A DNA stretch of 64,000 nucleotides. It comes from Octopus sinensis. Taxonomy: Eukaryota. The notes under the pieces are model-generated. The model had not been told where the DNA came from and ran no database searches. It worked only from the letters and a program-made list of their open reading frames with translations. The DNA lies in assembly GCF_006345805.1 (NCBI RefSeq), contig NC_043005.1, positions 7,502,001 through 7,566,000 on the forward strand, written 5' to 3'. The position numbers and the translations under genes are program-made. Shown here piece by piece: positions 12,112 to 26,742 of this stretch (its first letter is position 1; each line of letters starts with the position of its first letter).

Positions 12112-14195
12112 CTGAAACAAGAAAGAGAAATTATAAGAAATTGTATAGAGTATGTGTCATATCAAAAGTGAAAGAATAAAAGTAAAACAATATTATACTG
12201 CTGAAAAAAAAAAATTGGAAGTGCTGTATAGTTGTGCAGCAAAGATATAGGTACATCACCAATATGAAATGAATTTGAGGACTGAGAACACTTCACTAGT
12301 GTTCAGGACACTGGAAAAGTATATCTGCTCAGACATAAATTCCCATCGATTTTATTTTGATCTACTCCTATGCATTTTTATTAAGATCAATTGTCATGAA
12401 ACTTACAGCAGATATCAAGTGAAAGATTTAGATGTTTGGTTTATCTACATATTCTAACACATCCAAATGAACTCAGCCCAAAGTATTCATTTGGTTGATC
12501 ATGCCTTCAAATCATGACCTCTGAGGAAATGAATGGAGTATAGGATTATTATTACATATTTCCATATAGTATGACATCTATTACATAACATTGTATGCAT
12601 TCCATAACATTGTATAAGATATGGAATTAAAATATTGTCGCTTTATGGAAACAACTATAATGTCAGTCTGACTTCACCTTTCTTCATTCAAATTATTACT
12701 TTTGTATATAATAACACAAATTGGTTGCAGTTCACTACAGCCGTTTCGGACATGTTTTTTATTGAGGAACATATCACTTACATCATGTAAAAAAACCTTT
12801 TCTTCAGGTGAATTAAAAACAAATCTAATATTTAGAATTTTTTACAGAAATAGTATAGAATGAATATTCACTGTCTCATCTCAGTGTCAGTAGAAAGAGT
12901 AAAATGGGGAATATTATTTCAATGTTAAATATACATGGCAATAAATCTATCAGCACCTCTAAAGGATGGAGAGAGAGGAAGAAAAGAAAAGGAAAAAAAA
13001 CGCTTACCCTTTTATAGGAGTCTAAAGGGTTTCTTTTGGGGATTGACTTCATTTATAGATATGAAAATAAGGTGACTCATTAATTATCAGCATGCTATTA
13101 AGACTGGCAAGAGAATAAAGGATGATAAGTAATAAAATGAAGATAAAATGAAAGAAAATAAAAGACTATAAGTAAAAGTAAAATTAAAATTAACATAAAA
13201 TCTCATTATAAGGAATGATAAAAGAAGAACAATAAAATTACAAGGTATAGATACAAGTGGAACACAAAATGCTAACACGTGTGTATACAGTACTATCGTA
13301 AGACAGGTTGAATAACTTAGTCCTAAACATGTCATTAGACGTCAATGTCATAGGTCTATGATCTACATTGACCATGAGTTTAGTAACAGCAACAAATTTG
13401 TAGACGCAGATGAACCTGCATACAAGTACATTAGAGCATGTACCAATATATACCCCTACCAACACATCCTCTCCCCACACCACCACACCACACCACAACA
13501 CTCCACATCACTCCACACACACTAGCCCTGACCACTTCCCAGCACCCACACCACACACCATTATCTGCACCCCAATACACCATCATCCACACACCCACAC
13601 GCAATCTTCAATAGCATCACCACACATACCACTATATGAGCAGCCACACATTACAGACACACACACTTTACACACCCACAAACGTCAAAGTCACTAGACC
13701 CTATCAATACACACACATTCTCACATATACACACACACCTTGATTTCAGGATCACCAATACTTTATTATCTCCCTTTCTTTCAACCTCTTCTTTCAAACT
13801 TTTCTTCTAGTCAGTCACCATGCTTGACCGCTAATTCCACAAGTGTTTTTTTAAATTCTTTCTTTGTTTATTTTCTGTTGAAGAGTATAGGCTCGAAATG
13901 TAAAAGACTTTTTCACAATCCTGAGTGTCAAACTAATACACCTGCTTGTTGTTCATCATCTGTCTTTGTCTTTTGTTTTTCTATAAATTTCATTAATATA
14001 TATATATATCAATGTTTGTTTTTGTCTTCAGTTATAATAAAAACAATTTTTCATTAATCAGATGAGTTACTCTATACATTTCTAGAGTACAAATTTATTA
14101 TGCCTAAACAAGAATTTTAACAGTCACTTCAAAGCTTCAGCCAGCTAAGCCATTATTGGATTATCTCTCCCTCTCTCTCTCTCTCTCTCTCATAT

Positions 14196-14462
14196 ATCGT
14201 TCGTCGTTTAGCGTCCGTTTTCCATGCTAGCATGGGTTGGACGGTTCTATTGGGGTCTGTGAAGCCAGAAGGCTTCATCAGGCCCAGTCAAATCTGGCAG
14301 TGTTTCTACGGCTGGATGCCCTTCCTAACGCCAACCACTCCGTGAGTGTAGTGGGTGCTTTTTACGTGCCACCCGCACTGGTGCCAGACAGAGCTGGCAA
14401 ACGGCCACGAACGGATGGTGCTTTTTATGTGCCACCGGCACGAGGGCCAGGCGAGGCTGGCA
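14196..14462 (-). mobile_element. RTE 3' UTR copy
   Basis: gtttagcgtccgttttccatgctagcatggg...gcccttcctaacgccaaccactcc. Confidence 0.85.
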
Positions 14463-14498
14463 TATATATATATATATAAACATTATTGTTCCTATATC

Positions 14499-15146
14499 TC
14501 TCAATGAGAGACATTCAGTAAAAGTACTTTAAAGTAAAGATTATTTGCTAACATAATGTGGCAGTTGTGGTTGGGATGAATGTTATTGTTGTTTTGCCCC
14601 AGGAAACATCGTCTCCAGCTGGCTATTTGACACAATATCTATGTCCTTATATTTTCAAACAGCAGAGTTTAGCACCCCCATCCAGCACAATGCAATATCT
14701 ATGGACCTCTATTTCTGGGTTGCTTCCATTCCTCGGCACAGAAACATGCATCCCAGCTGGAACGTCTACATTATGTTGGCAAATAATCTTTACTTTAAGG
14801 TACTGTTACTGAATGTCTCTCATTGAGACATTTAGGAAAAATAATGTTTCTATTTATTAGCTCAGTGACTGTGAGTCACAATGAAAATTATATTTTCAAA
14901 TGGGGGTTTAGCAGCACCATCTCAGCCTAGCAGTTATTCTGTGCTGAGGAAGGGAAATTACCCAGAAACTGTGGTCCACAGATATTGCTTTGTGCTGGGT
15001 GGGGGTGCTAAACTCCCCTGTTAGAAAATATAAGGACACAAATACTGTATCGTATAGCCAGCTGGAAACGATATTTCCTGGGGCTAAACAACAGTAACAT
15101 TTGTACCAACCAGGACTGCCACATTATGTTGGAAAATAATCTTTAC

Positions 15147-15148
<2 letters not shown>
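14499..15148. mobile_element. MITE (14499-14828, ~60-bp TIRs) plus an inverted partial copy (14965-15148)
   Basis: tctcaatgagagacattcagta...aacataatgt / acattatgtt...tactgaatgtctctcattgaga; related diverged copies at ~62940-63400. Confidence 0.72.
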
Positions 15149-15990
<842 letters not shown>

Positions 15991-15993
<3 letters not shown>

Positions 15994-16545
15994 GCAATAA
16001 CAGAGGAACTTAAGTCAGGCTGTCCTTGGAAGCTCCTCTGTTCTGATAACTTTGTTCTTATAGCTGAATCCCAACCATAACTAGAGAAAACGTTTTCTGT
16101 GTGGAAGTAAGGGCTGGAATCAAGGGGTCTTAAAGTTAGTTTAGCAAAAACCAAACTCTTAGTACATAAGAGAGCAGACAAATCACAAATCCTTTCAGAC
16201 AGATGGTCCTGCTCAATATGTAGAAAGGCTTAGGTAGAAACTTCATAAAATGTACCCAGTGCTATCTATGGACACATAAGTGAAGCAGCAATATCAGAGG
16301 TAGGTTAAATAGGTTAAAAGACCCTTTGTTTGTAGCAAATGCACAGGTACAATAAACACTAGAGATATACAGAAAATAGACTCCATCAAATGCCAGTGGG
16401 GATACCTGGAAGTAGTTGGTAGCTTTCGTTATCTAGGTGACTGGGTCAGTTGTGGAGGTGGATGCTTCAAGAGTGTAGCTGCTAGAATAAGTTGGATAAA
16501 GTTCAAAGAGTTTCTACTTTTGTTGGCGACAAAGGGCCTCTCCAA
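15991..16545 (+). mobile_element. Degenerate RTE reverse-transcriptase fragment
   Basis: [27 protein letters not shown] (decayed LLYADDLVLIAES) and SWIKFKEFL.LLATKGLS. Confidence 0.75.
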
Positions 16546-16799
16546 ACTGTCTAATCCATGCCAGAATTAAATGATGGTGGTGGTGATGATGATGATGATG
16601 ATGATACAGAGAGAGAGAGAGGGAGAGAGAGAGAGACAGAGACAGAGACAGACAGACAGACAGACAGACAGACTGATAAGCAGGCAGACAGGCAGGCAGG
16701 CAGGTTGGGAGAGAATCAGATAAAGAGTGTGAGATGGCAATATTTGATATTTAGAAATATAGCCATCAAAGAAATGTTAACAATTTTTATCCAACTTAC

Positions 16800-16871
16800 A
16801 AATTCTCTAGCTTGGGAAGGTCTTTAAATGCAGCTTCATTAAAATAGGTGATATTATTATATTTCATCGCT
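16800..16871 (-). CDS. LRR gene exon (72-nt LRR; paralog of 22318 exon)
   Basis: ttttgtttgcAG...|GTAAGT; (L)AMKYNNITYFNEAAFKDLPKLEN(L). Confidence 0.88.
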
Positions 16872-17149
16872 CTGCAAACAAAAGAAAATATAAAATATTC
16901 AGGGCAAACATGTTAAAAAAAACAATAAACTGTAATAAATAAGAAATCAGGGATATTAATGATCATACCAGTTGAGGAATCCTGATGTTTAACAATGAAA
17001 ATATCTTTCATATGTGTTTATTAATGAGTGCCTTTTGAAGCTTAGTATGTATATATTTTATACATAGTGTAAGTATTTACAGTGAAATTATTAAAGCTGA
17101 AACTATTATCTCACATTACAATAGAGATGTTATTGTTTCACTTTTGACG

Positions 17150-17372
17150 TAATACCAAAACAGTCTAAGAAGTTTGGCAAGAAGTTGAAAATGTTTTTGG
17201 TGCATAAAACTCCATGGATCCTAAGTAGGGTATGTGTACAATTTGAAGGAAATCAATTGGGTAGTTCTCAAGATTTAGTGATGCACACATACAGACACAT
17301 GCAGAGACAGACACATACAGAGACAGACACACACACAGACAGATACACATTCTCAGTTTTACATATATAGGT
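17150..17372 (-). mobile_element. Diverged 5' fragment of Helitron family A
   Basis: Reverse complement matches the tatataaaactgagaatgtgt...cttgagaactac...tacttagg head of family A. Confidence 0.65.
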
Positions 17373-17777
17373 ATATTCTATGAGATAATACCCAAAAGTA
17401 ACTGGAGATGTTGTCTGTGAGTGAAGCCCATTGTAGTTCAGATTTCCACCCCTAGAAGCCACTTGATGCAACCCTCAGGCATCAGTCTGCCAACCAGTGT
17501 CAGCAATTGAGGTCATACTCCCACATAGTGTGTCTTTGTTAGATTCCTGGACTGGTAGTGGGTCCTTGGGCAAGATGAGTCAAGTTCCTCCAGGGACTGA
17601 CCCAGATGGCTTGCGCTTGTAGTGTGCATATTTGATTCACTGCTACCAAGTAGGATCGTCTACAGCTGGGTAAGCAATGGTCAATGCCTTGACAAATGAG
17701 AAACAAGAGCACTCAGAGGGTGCAAACCGCCGCCAAGGCAACACCAATGTCCCCTCAACAATATATATATGTGTATA

Positions 17778-17820
<43 letters not shown>

Positions 17821-17822
<2 letters not shown>

Positions 17823-18733
17823 TTTGATACTTTGATACTTTGATAGGTTTCGGCCATTATTGGCCCAGGCCATGTCTAACTTAATAGCACCACCTGGTGA
17901 AGTCTTTCAAGTCAGAATTTGGGCACTATGGCCCACTCAAGTAGAAAGTTATTGTTTACAGAGACATATCCGGGTGTAGGGGGTTTATCCGGGATTTCTT
18001 AAAGGAATCTGTCCAAAGACTTCTTGAACCCTATAGGGTCAGTTTCTGTTTTAATGTGTTTTGGTGTAATGTTAAAGAGAGCGGGGCCAATTGAGGTGAA
18101 ATAATTGTGCCGTATTGTTGTTATGAGATGAGAGTGCGATTTTTGTTTTGGGCGGATGGCACGGGGCCCAAGCCTTGGATGTACCTTAAAGGTGATGCCA
18201 ACATCATTTGGGCAATGCTGATGGAATATTTTCCACATCATGCAGATGATGTAGCGCTCACGACGACGTTGGAGAGAATAAAGTTTTAGCTTTTCTAGTC
18301 GACCCCAATAGTCGAGGCCTGTCATGCCATCTATCTTTTTTGTGATTGCCCTTTGAGGTGCTTCAACTTTTATGATACCTTGTATTGTGTGGGGAGACCA
18401 CAGTGGACAACAGTATTCAAGGTGGGGTCGGGCAAAAATGGAGAAGAGAAGGATAATGGTGTGGATATCTCTCGACTGGAAAGTTCTGAGAATCCAGGAA
18501 CACATTCTGCGGGCCATGTCAACTTTGGTGTTTATATGAGTGACCCAGCTTATGTTGTTGTCCATAATTACTCCCAAGTCTCTGATGTTGTTGGACGCCG
18601 TGAGAGTTTCACCTGAAGGAAGGGAGTATGGGAGTTTCAGGGCATCCTCTTTTCCAAAGTGGATTAACTCAAATTTATCCTCGTTCAGTAGCATATTGTT
18701 TTTTTTCTGCCCATTGGATAACAGCCAGTAGAT
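17821..18733 (-). mobile_element. 5'-truncated copy of the same CR1/L2-group LINE family
   Basis: ORF MLLNEDKFELIHFG...RPHLEYCCPLWSP; same 3' UTR (ggtggtgctattaagttagacatggcc); tail (ATCAAAGT)3. Confidence 0.92.
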
Positions 18734-18740
18734 CTATATA

Positions 18741-19282
18741 TCTCTTATTATAAAAGGCAGATTTTATCTGCCTCCCTTTGGGAGTTATAGAAATCTACAA
18801 TATAGGATTTCTTCAATTACAATTTACCTAACATTTTTAAGAGTACAATGCATCGCGTCATGCCAGGTCCAGTTTTTAAAATTTAAACTCCAATTAAGCA
18901 AAATTTACAGAAAACTCACATTCTGGTGTGTGTGTCAAATGCTTTTCTTAGTCTGGTTTACACCACACGCAAACGCACACACACACTGTGTAACGAATAA
19001 AGTGAAACTAGTCTCTTATTATAAAAGGCAGATTTTATCTGCCTCCCTTTGGGAGTTATAGAAATCTACAATATAGGATTTCTTCAATTACAATTTACCT
19101 AGCGTTTTTAAGAGTACAATGCATCGCATCATGCCAGGTCCAGTTTTTAAAATTTAAACTCCAATTAAGCAAAATTTACAGAAAACTCACATTCTGGTGT
19201 GTGTGTCAAATGCTTTTCTTAGTCTGGTTTACACCACACGCAAACGCACACACACACTGTGTAACGAATAAAGTGAAACTAG
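18741..19282 (+). mobile_element. Head-to-tail dimer of a 271-bp Helitron-like element (family C)
   Basis: Two near-identical units 18741-19011 and 19012-19282, each TC...CTAG, joined CTAG|TC. Confidence 0.7.
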
Positions 19283-19459
19283 ATGTAATATTTGTTTCTG
19301 TCTATCACGCTGATAGATACATGAGTAAAATGTATGGGAAGCTAACAAATAAGAGTGAGTGAAAATGTTCTTGGAAGAGAGTAAATAGCCAGAGATAGTG
19401 ATTTGAGGAAGACTTTACATTAAATAACCGTAGTGGCTTGTGTTAGTAATAAAGTAAAC

Positions 19460-19485
19460 ATACACTCATACATACATACATACAT

Positions 19486-19516
<31 letters not shown>

Positions 19517-19849
19517 TACATACATACACACACACATACATACACACATACATACATACATACATATACATACATACATATACATACATACATACACCAC
19601 ACACACACACATACACACACACACAGTATTGAAGCTTGAGAACAATCAGATACATTTGCAACACATCTGTTGAAAATATTATTGTTCACACACATACATA
19701 TACATATATACATACAGACAGACAGACAGATAGACACACACACACACACACACACATGATCCAGCATGGCCACAACCTCAAGGCTGAAACATATAAAAGA
19801 ATAACAGAATATAAATGTGTGCATGTGTGTGAGAGAGAGAGTGTGTGTG

Positions 19850-19881
<32 letters not shown>

Positions 19882-19895
19882 TGTATATATATATA
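19460..19895. repeat. Compound (TACA)n/(CA)n/(GACA)n/(TATG)n microsatellite
   Basis: Direct reading. Confidence 0.95.
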
Positions 19896-20067
19896 ATAAT
19901 GCGGTTTTTTCAACAGCTTGAACTAAAAGTCAGAGGGGAATGGGATAAACTACTTATATTAACTTGCTATAAAAGCAGGTAGTAATTTTATCTTGTCCTT
20001 ATTCATAGTGCAAGTTTTGAAGAGTGCATTTCGATTTTAACAGCTATTTTTTTCAAAGCTATATTGG

Positions 20068-20325
20068 AACAGCCTAGAAGACGAGCCTCATCCTGAAAGA
20101 TCTGTAGAACTCGACAAGGACATCCTGAAAACCCTGGTGGAACAAAATCTCATCGTAACTGTTGAGGAACTAGCAGAGAAGCTTGGATTTGGTCATTCAA
20201 CCATTCATTAAGACCTGTGTGCTATCGGAAAAGTCAGAAAATTGGGTCAATGGGTTCCTCACGAACTTTCCGAGTCTAATTGCATGCAGAGAGTGAATGT
20301 ATGCTTTTCTTTGCTGTCACATCTC
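20068..20325 (+). mobile_element. mariner transposase fragment
   Basis: LEDEPH...TVEELAEKLG...KLGQWVPHELSESN. Confidence 0.8.
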
Positions 20326-20346
20326 ACCACTACTGCGCTATGTATA

Positions 20347-20982
20347 TCTATATATATAAAACTGTAGTTGTGTGAGTGTCTGTCCCCTTCGATTTAGATT
20401 CCTAACTACTCCCACATTTTGCGGTGCAGTTTAACCAAATTCGGGTAGCTTATAGTCGTGATTCATATCGATCCCGTCTGCGTATTAGCGCGCGTCTACG
20501 ATGAGTCTACGATTTTAAAAATAATTTAACATCATTTTTTATTCCATTTTAATGCATAATTTTTCGTGTGTCGATGGCGGCGGAGTTGGCGTCCACGCTC
20601 ACACCTGCACCTGTGGGGAAGGGAGTGTAAGGAAATCAACGTCGTAATGCGTTGTCAAGGAGACCAGCGTTCTTTTAGAACAACGACTTCATGGCTTGAA
20701 GACACCAAAACAGAAATGGCTAAGAAAGCATCTACATGAGTCTACGATTTAAAAAAAATTTACCATCGTTTTTTTTCCATTTTAATGCATTTTTTCGCTA
20801 TTATATAAGGGAAGTAACTCTCTAAAAATGTCTACGATGAGTCAACGATTTTTCAAAAAATTTACCATCATATTTTTTCCATTTTTAATGCATTTTTTGC
20901 TATTTTTTGGCTATAACTCTCTAAAAATGCTTATATAGTTATTTCCCTTACAAACCCGAGCAACGCCGGGCGATACTGCTAG
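20347..20982 (+). mobile_element. Non-autonomous Helitron family B
   Basis: 5' TC, 3' hairpin cccgagcaacgccggg + CTAG, inserted between A and T. Confidence 0.9.
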
Positions 20983-21042
20983 TATATATATATATATATA
21001 TCTACAGCCAGTAGATATATATATATATATATATATATATAT

Positions 21043-21428
21043 GGTGGAAGCACTCCATCGGTTACGACGATGAGGGTTCCGGTTGATCCGAATCAACGGA
21101 ACAGCCTGCTCGTGAAATTAACATGTAAGTGGCTGAGCACTCCACAGACACGTGTACCCTTAACGTAGTTCTCGGAGATATTCAGCGTGACACAGAGAGT
21201 GACAAGGCCGGCCCTTTGAAATACAGGTACAACAGAAACAGGAAGTAAGAGTGAGAGAGAATTGTGGTGAAAGAGTACAGCAGGGATCACCACCATCCCC
21301 TGCCGGAGCCTCGTGGAGCTTTGGGTGTTTTCACTCAATAAACACTCACAACGCCCGGTCTGGGAATCGAAACCGCGATCCTATGACCGCAAGTCCGCTG
21401 CCCTAACCACTGGGCCATTGCACCTCCA
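21043..21428 (-). mobile_element. tRNA-derived SINE with Meta-domain-like core
   Basis: Head ggaggtgcaatggcccagtggttagg...ggtttcgattccc; core tgtaagtggctgagcac resembles the MetaSINE domain as recalled. Confidence 0.75.
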
Positions 21429-21448
21429 TATATATATATATATATATA

Positions 21449-21730
21449 TGAAGGCACATGGCTCAGTGGTTAAAGGGTAGAGCTTACGATTGTGAGGTTG
21501 TGAGTTCAGTTCCTGGACTGAGCTGCATGTTGTGTTCTTGAGCAAGACACTTTATTTCACGTTGCACCAGTTAACTCAGCTGTAGAAATGAATTGCAACA
21601 TCACTGGTGCCAAACTGTATCGGCCTTTGCCTTTCCCTTGGATAACACTGGTGGCGTGGAGAGAGGAGGCCGGTATGCATGGGCGACTGCTAGCCTTCCA
21701 CAAACAATCTTGCTCTGACTTGTACCTCGG
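21449..21730 (+). mobile_element. tRNA-derived SINE (another family), head-to-head with the previous one
   Basis: tggctcagtggttaaag A box, gagttcagttcc B box, cttgagcaagacactttatttcac body. Confidence 0.75.
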
Positions 21731-21734
21731 ACTG

Positions 21735-21905
21735 AAATTATCATCATCATCGTCTACTTTCCATGCTGGCATGGGTTAGACGACTTGATGTGGAGGTAGC
21801 TACTTGGGAAGCTGGCCAGACTCCAATTGTCTGTTATGGCATGGTTTCTTCAGTTGGATGCCCTTACTAACACCAACCACTTTACAGAATGCAGTGGGAC
21901 CTTTT
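21735..21905 (-). mobile_element. Degenerate RTE 3' UTR copy
   Basis: catcatcatcgtc...ccatgctggcatggg...ggatgcccttactaacaccaaccac. Confidence 0.75.
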
Positions 21906-22317
21906 TACAAGTGCATGTGTTTTCAGCTATAATAAAAACAATGTTTCATTAATCTGATGGATTGTTCTATACATTTGTAGAGTACAAATTTATTATTCCT
22001 AAACAAGAATGTTGTTGACAATGACATCACAGTTTTGACCAGTCTAAACTGTCATTAGACTTTCTCTTTCTCTCTTTCTCACACACACACACGCGCTTGC
22101 GCACGCACAGACACATACACATATATACAGAGAGAAAAAGAGAAAAGGATAGAGAAAGAGAAAGGGAGAGAGAAAGAGAACGGGAGAGAGCAAGGCAGAT
22201 ACAGATGGACAGACAGACAGGTGGGGAGAAGACCAGATAAAGAGTGTGAGACAGATATCTGATACTTAGAAATATGGCCATCGATGAAATGTTATTAGCA
22301 ATTTTGATCTGACTTAC

Positions 22318-22389
22318 AAATTCTTTAGTTCGGTCAAGTTTTTCAATGCAGCTTCCTCAAAATAGCTGATTTTATTATATTTCAATGTT
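22318..22389 (-). CDS. LRR gene exon (72-nt LRR)
   Basis: ttcgttaacAG...|GTAAGT; (L)TLKYNKISYFEEAALKNLTELKN(L). Confidence 0.87.
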
Positions 22390-22643
22390 CTGTTAACGAA
22401 AGAAAGTTAATAAGAAATTATATAGGGAAGATTTGAGTGATAAAATATCAAATATTCAGAACAAACTGTAATAAGAAATAAGAAGTCAGGGATATTATGA
22501 TAATACAAGTTGGTGAATCCTGATGTTTAATAAAGAAACTATCTTTCATATGTCTTTAATTAATGAGTGTCTTGTGAAGCATAATTGTAAAACTTAGGTT
22601 CTATTTTTTCTTGCATTTTAATTTTATATTTTTCTATATTCAA

Positions 22644-23049
22644 CTAGCAGTATCACCTGGCGTTGCTCGGGTTTGTAAGGGAAATAACTATATAAGCATT
22701 TTTAGAGAGTTATAGCCAAAAAATAGCAAAAAAATGCATCAAAAATGGAAAAAAAATGATGGTAAATTTTTTTTTTAATCGTTGACTCATCGTAGACATT
22801 TTTAGAGAGTTACTTCCCTTATATAATAGCGAAAAAATGCATTAAAATGGAAAAAAATGATGGTAAATTTTTTTTTAAATCGTAGACTCATTGTAGACAT
22901 GCGCTAATACCCAGAAGGGCTCGATATGAATCACGACTATAAGATACCCGGTTTTGGTTAAACTGCATCGCAAAATGTGGGAGTAGTTAGGAATCTAAAT
23001 CGGAGGAGACAGAGTCTCACACACACAACTTCAATTTTATATATAAAGA
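22644..23049 (-). mobile_element. Non-autonomous Helitron family B
   Basis: Reverse-complement copy; TC...CTAG termini, A|T site. Confidence 0.9.
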
Positions 23050-23669
23050 TAAGTCAACATTAAATACAAGTTATTTAACAAACACTATTTTATGGAAACA
23101 ATACATACTATGGAGATATGAGAGATAGCAGGATATATGATATACAAAATTATTCTTTGCTTTTCTGATGTCAGTTTCTCATGCATTGTGTTGGTGGGAA
23201 ATAAAATTTGAGTTGTAGGTGCACTAAATTATTTGGGGCTCATTCGTGGTGTGATGGATGTAAAGAGATATGTCTAGCTGGGTAATTTCAGGGCCAGTAT
23301 TATTTATATCAGATGTTCTTCAATACTTGAAGTACATTTGCTGCCAAGAGTAGTCAACATAAAACTGTCAGAGTGCAGCATTTAGCTGATTTAAATTTCC
23401 CAAAGGTTTAATGTGATCCAGACTATTGTGTTATGATGTACAGAGATATACTCAATATTATCTGAGTTAGAGGATTGAGTCTGTAGGTGAGAAAGATGAC
23501 CAGCATATTTGTTGAGTCAGTATGATTGTCAATGATCTAGATGGATATGAGTATTGATAATGCTGAAATAGTAAATAAGCTGACATCAAAGATAATAGCC
23601 TCATAGTGTGAAGAGTCTAAGACACAAAGAGAGCTCTGCATACTGAAATCCACACTTAAAATAAATTTC

Positions 23670-24565
23670 AGCCTTAAAATGAATTTCAGGATGTCCAATT
23701 GATTTTGATGACAAGCTCCTGTTGACAGAACTTGAAAAAGATCATGCAGTTTCAGTGGAAGAATTGGCAAGCAAACTTCTTTCAAGACATACAGCTGTTC
23801 ACCACCATCTCCAACAGCTTGGAAAGGACCCAAAACTCAGAAAATGGGTGCCTTATGATTTGTTTGAAGCCAACCACAAATCCTGAGTGGATATCTGCTT
23901 GTCTTTTCGTTTTCACCCTTTTTGGACAAACTGGTGACTGGTGATGAAAAATGGGTTTGTTATGAAAATGTTAAGCATTGTAGATATTAGCTTGGTGAAG
24001 GGAAAAGGCTCAACCATAACTGAAAAGGGAACTCCACGTTAAGAGGGATTTTCTTTCTGTTTGGTGGGATTGCAAAGGAATCTACTTTGAGTTGCTTCCA
24101 ACTAATGCAACAATCAAGGATCAAATCTACAGTCAGCAATTAGAGCATTTGAATGCTGCTTTGGAGAAAAGAGGCTAGTTTTAGTGAATTTAAGAGGAGT
24201 GGTGTTTCATCAGGACAAGACCCCACACTGCAAAGATCACATCACAGAACATTGAGGAACCTGGCTGGGAGAAAATTGCTCATCCACCTTATTCTCTAAA
24301 CCTTGCTCCTTTAGATTACAATTTGTTCTATAGTTTACAGAAACATTAGGATGGATTAACTCTCAAAATAACTGAGGGAGTCGAAACTGACCTTTCAGAG
24401 TTCTTCTCTTTCAAACAGAAAGATTTTTTCACTTATGAGTAGACGGGAAGATGTCATAGATAATTATGCAAACTACATTGACAATTAAGTTTCATTGAAA
24501 TGTAAGATTTGATCACTTGTTTTCCATATTTAAGAGTGGACATTACTTATGGGATGACATGCTAA
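23670..24565 (+). mobile_element. Degenerate mariner relic
   Basis: Decayed WVPYDL, TGDEKWV, HQD...HPPYS.NLAP.DY; right TIR-like ggacattacttatgggatgac. Confidence 0.8.
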
Positions 24566-24649
24566 TTATTAATTTAAATATTCTCATTCACATGTTTTAG
24601 TGATTCACATTATTATTAAAAATATGGAAAGGATTGTTTCAGTTCTTTA

Positions 24650-25098
<449 letters not shown>

Positions 25099-26350
25099 AA
25101 ATCCTTAAAATCCTTAAAAATGTTTTAGCCCGAAGGCCGCGGCCATGCTAGGGCACCACCACTGAATGAGCTACACTAATTTGTGAATCCACCTCTGATA
25201 CGTGGCACTTGATCAACAAGGGAGTTCGATGCTGCTGCCCGCATCCGCGTCTCCTGTCGTGAGGTAGGTTCATCTGGGACTTCCGACAAGAAGAGATCCA
25301 GTTTAGTTTTAAAGAAACCCACATCCACACCATGTAAGTCTCTCAGGCATTTAGGGAGGATGTTAAAGAGCTGTGGTCCTCTGAAACCCAAGCTGTTGCA
25401 GTATCTGGACCTGTATTTTGATGGTGATGTTGGAATCCTTGGCACCATGCAGTGGCGCCCCATTCTGCGGTTGGGGTAACTTTGAATGCCAAAGTTTGGG
25501 ACAAACCCTCCAGGATTTTCCAGATGTATATCACCGCATATCTCTCCCGCCTCCACTCTAGGGAGAAGAGGTTTAATACCTTCAGTCTTTCCCAGTAGCT
25601 GATATTTTGCATTGAGACGATTTTCTTTGTGTAGCTTCTCTGAATTGCTTCGATTTCTGCTGTTAGTTTTATATTGTGTGGTGACCACAGTTGGGAGCAG
25701 TAGTCCAAGTGGCTGAGGACGAATGTTTTCCATAGGACCATCAGTGTCTCTTTCTCTCTTGTTCTGAAAGTTCGGAGAATCCATCCAGCTAGCCGTCTGC
25801 ATTTTATCACCAGATTAGCAATATGCACTTGGAAAGATGCATCATTGCTCATGCCAATGCCCAGGTCACGCACTGATTTTGACTCAGGGATTGCAATTCT
25901 TCCTGGGCCAGTGTATCCAGTCTGCACGTTGTTTACCTTGTGTGCCAGTAGCGCAGGGCCTGGAACTTACCTGCATTAAACTGCATGTTGTTGTCCTCAG
26001 CCCACCTGTATATGTGTCCAGCTCCTGTTGCAGATGCGCAATATTTTCAGGGTTTGTATTGCATGAGACTTTTGTGTCATCTGCATAGCTAGCAAGGGTG
26101 GTCATCGTAGCAACTGAAGGCATGTCTGAAAGGGCCACTATGAACATCAGTGGCCCCAAGACAGTGCCCTGTGGAACACCGCTTGTTATTTGCGTATCCT
26201 TGGAGGTGGCTCCATTGCACACAACTGCCTGTTTTCTGTCTTTTAGGAAGTTGTGCAGCCACTCTCCAAGTTTTCCGCCTATGCCGAGACCACGCAGTTT
26301 GTGACAGATCATACCATGGTCGACCTTATCAAAGGCTTTTGGAAAGTCGA
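25099..26350 (-). mobile_element. 5'-truncated CR1/L2-group LINE, second family
   Basis: [37 protein letters not shown]; tail (TTTTAAGGA)n; (TA)n on both sides. Confidence 0.9.
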
Positions 26351-26361
26351 TATATATATAC

Positions 26362-26392
<31 letters not shown>

Positions 26393-26403
26393 CATATATA
26401 TAC

Positions 26404-26440
<37 letters not shown>

Positions 26441-26565
26441 CATATATATATACATACATATATATATACACATTATATATATATATATATATATATATTA
26501 TTATAATACACATATATATACATATATATATATACATATATACATATATATATACATATATATAC

Positions 26566-26596
<31 letters not shown>

Positions 26597-26691
26597 CATA
26601 ATATATATATATAATATATACATACATATATATACATATATTATATAATACATATATATATACTCATATATATATACATATATATATATAC

Positions 26692-26742
<51 letters not shown>

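Noticed and set aside
21330-21530. tRNA-like sequences with A/B boxes
   Set aside because: They are SINE heads continuing into SINE bodies and lack complete acceptor stems.
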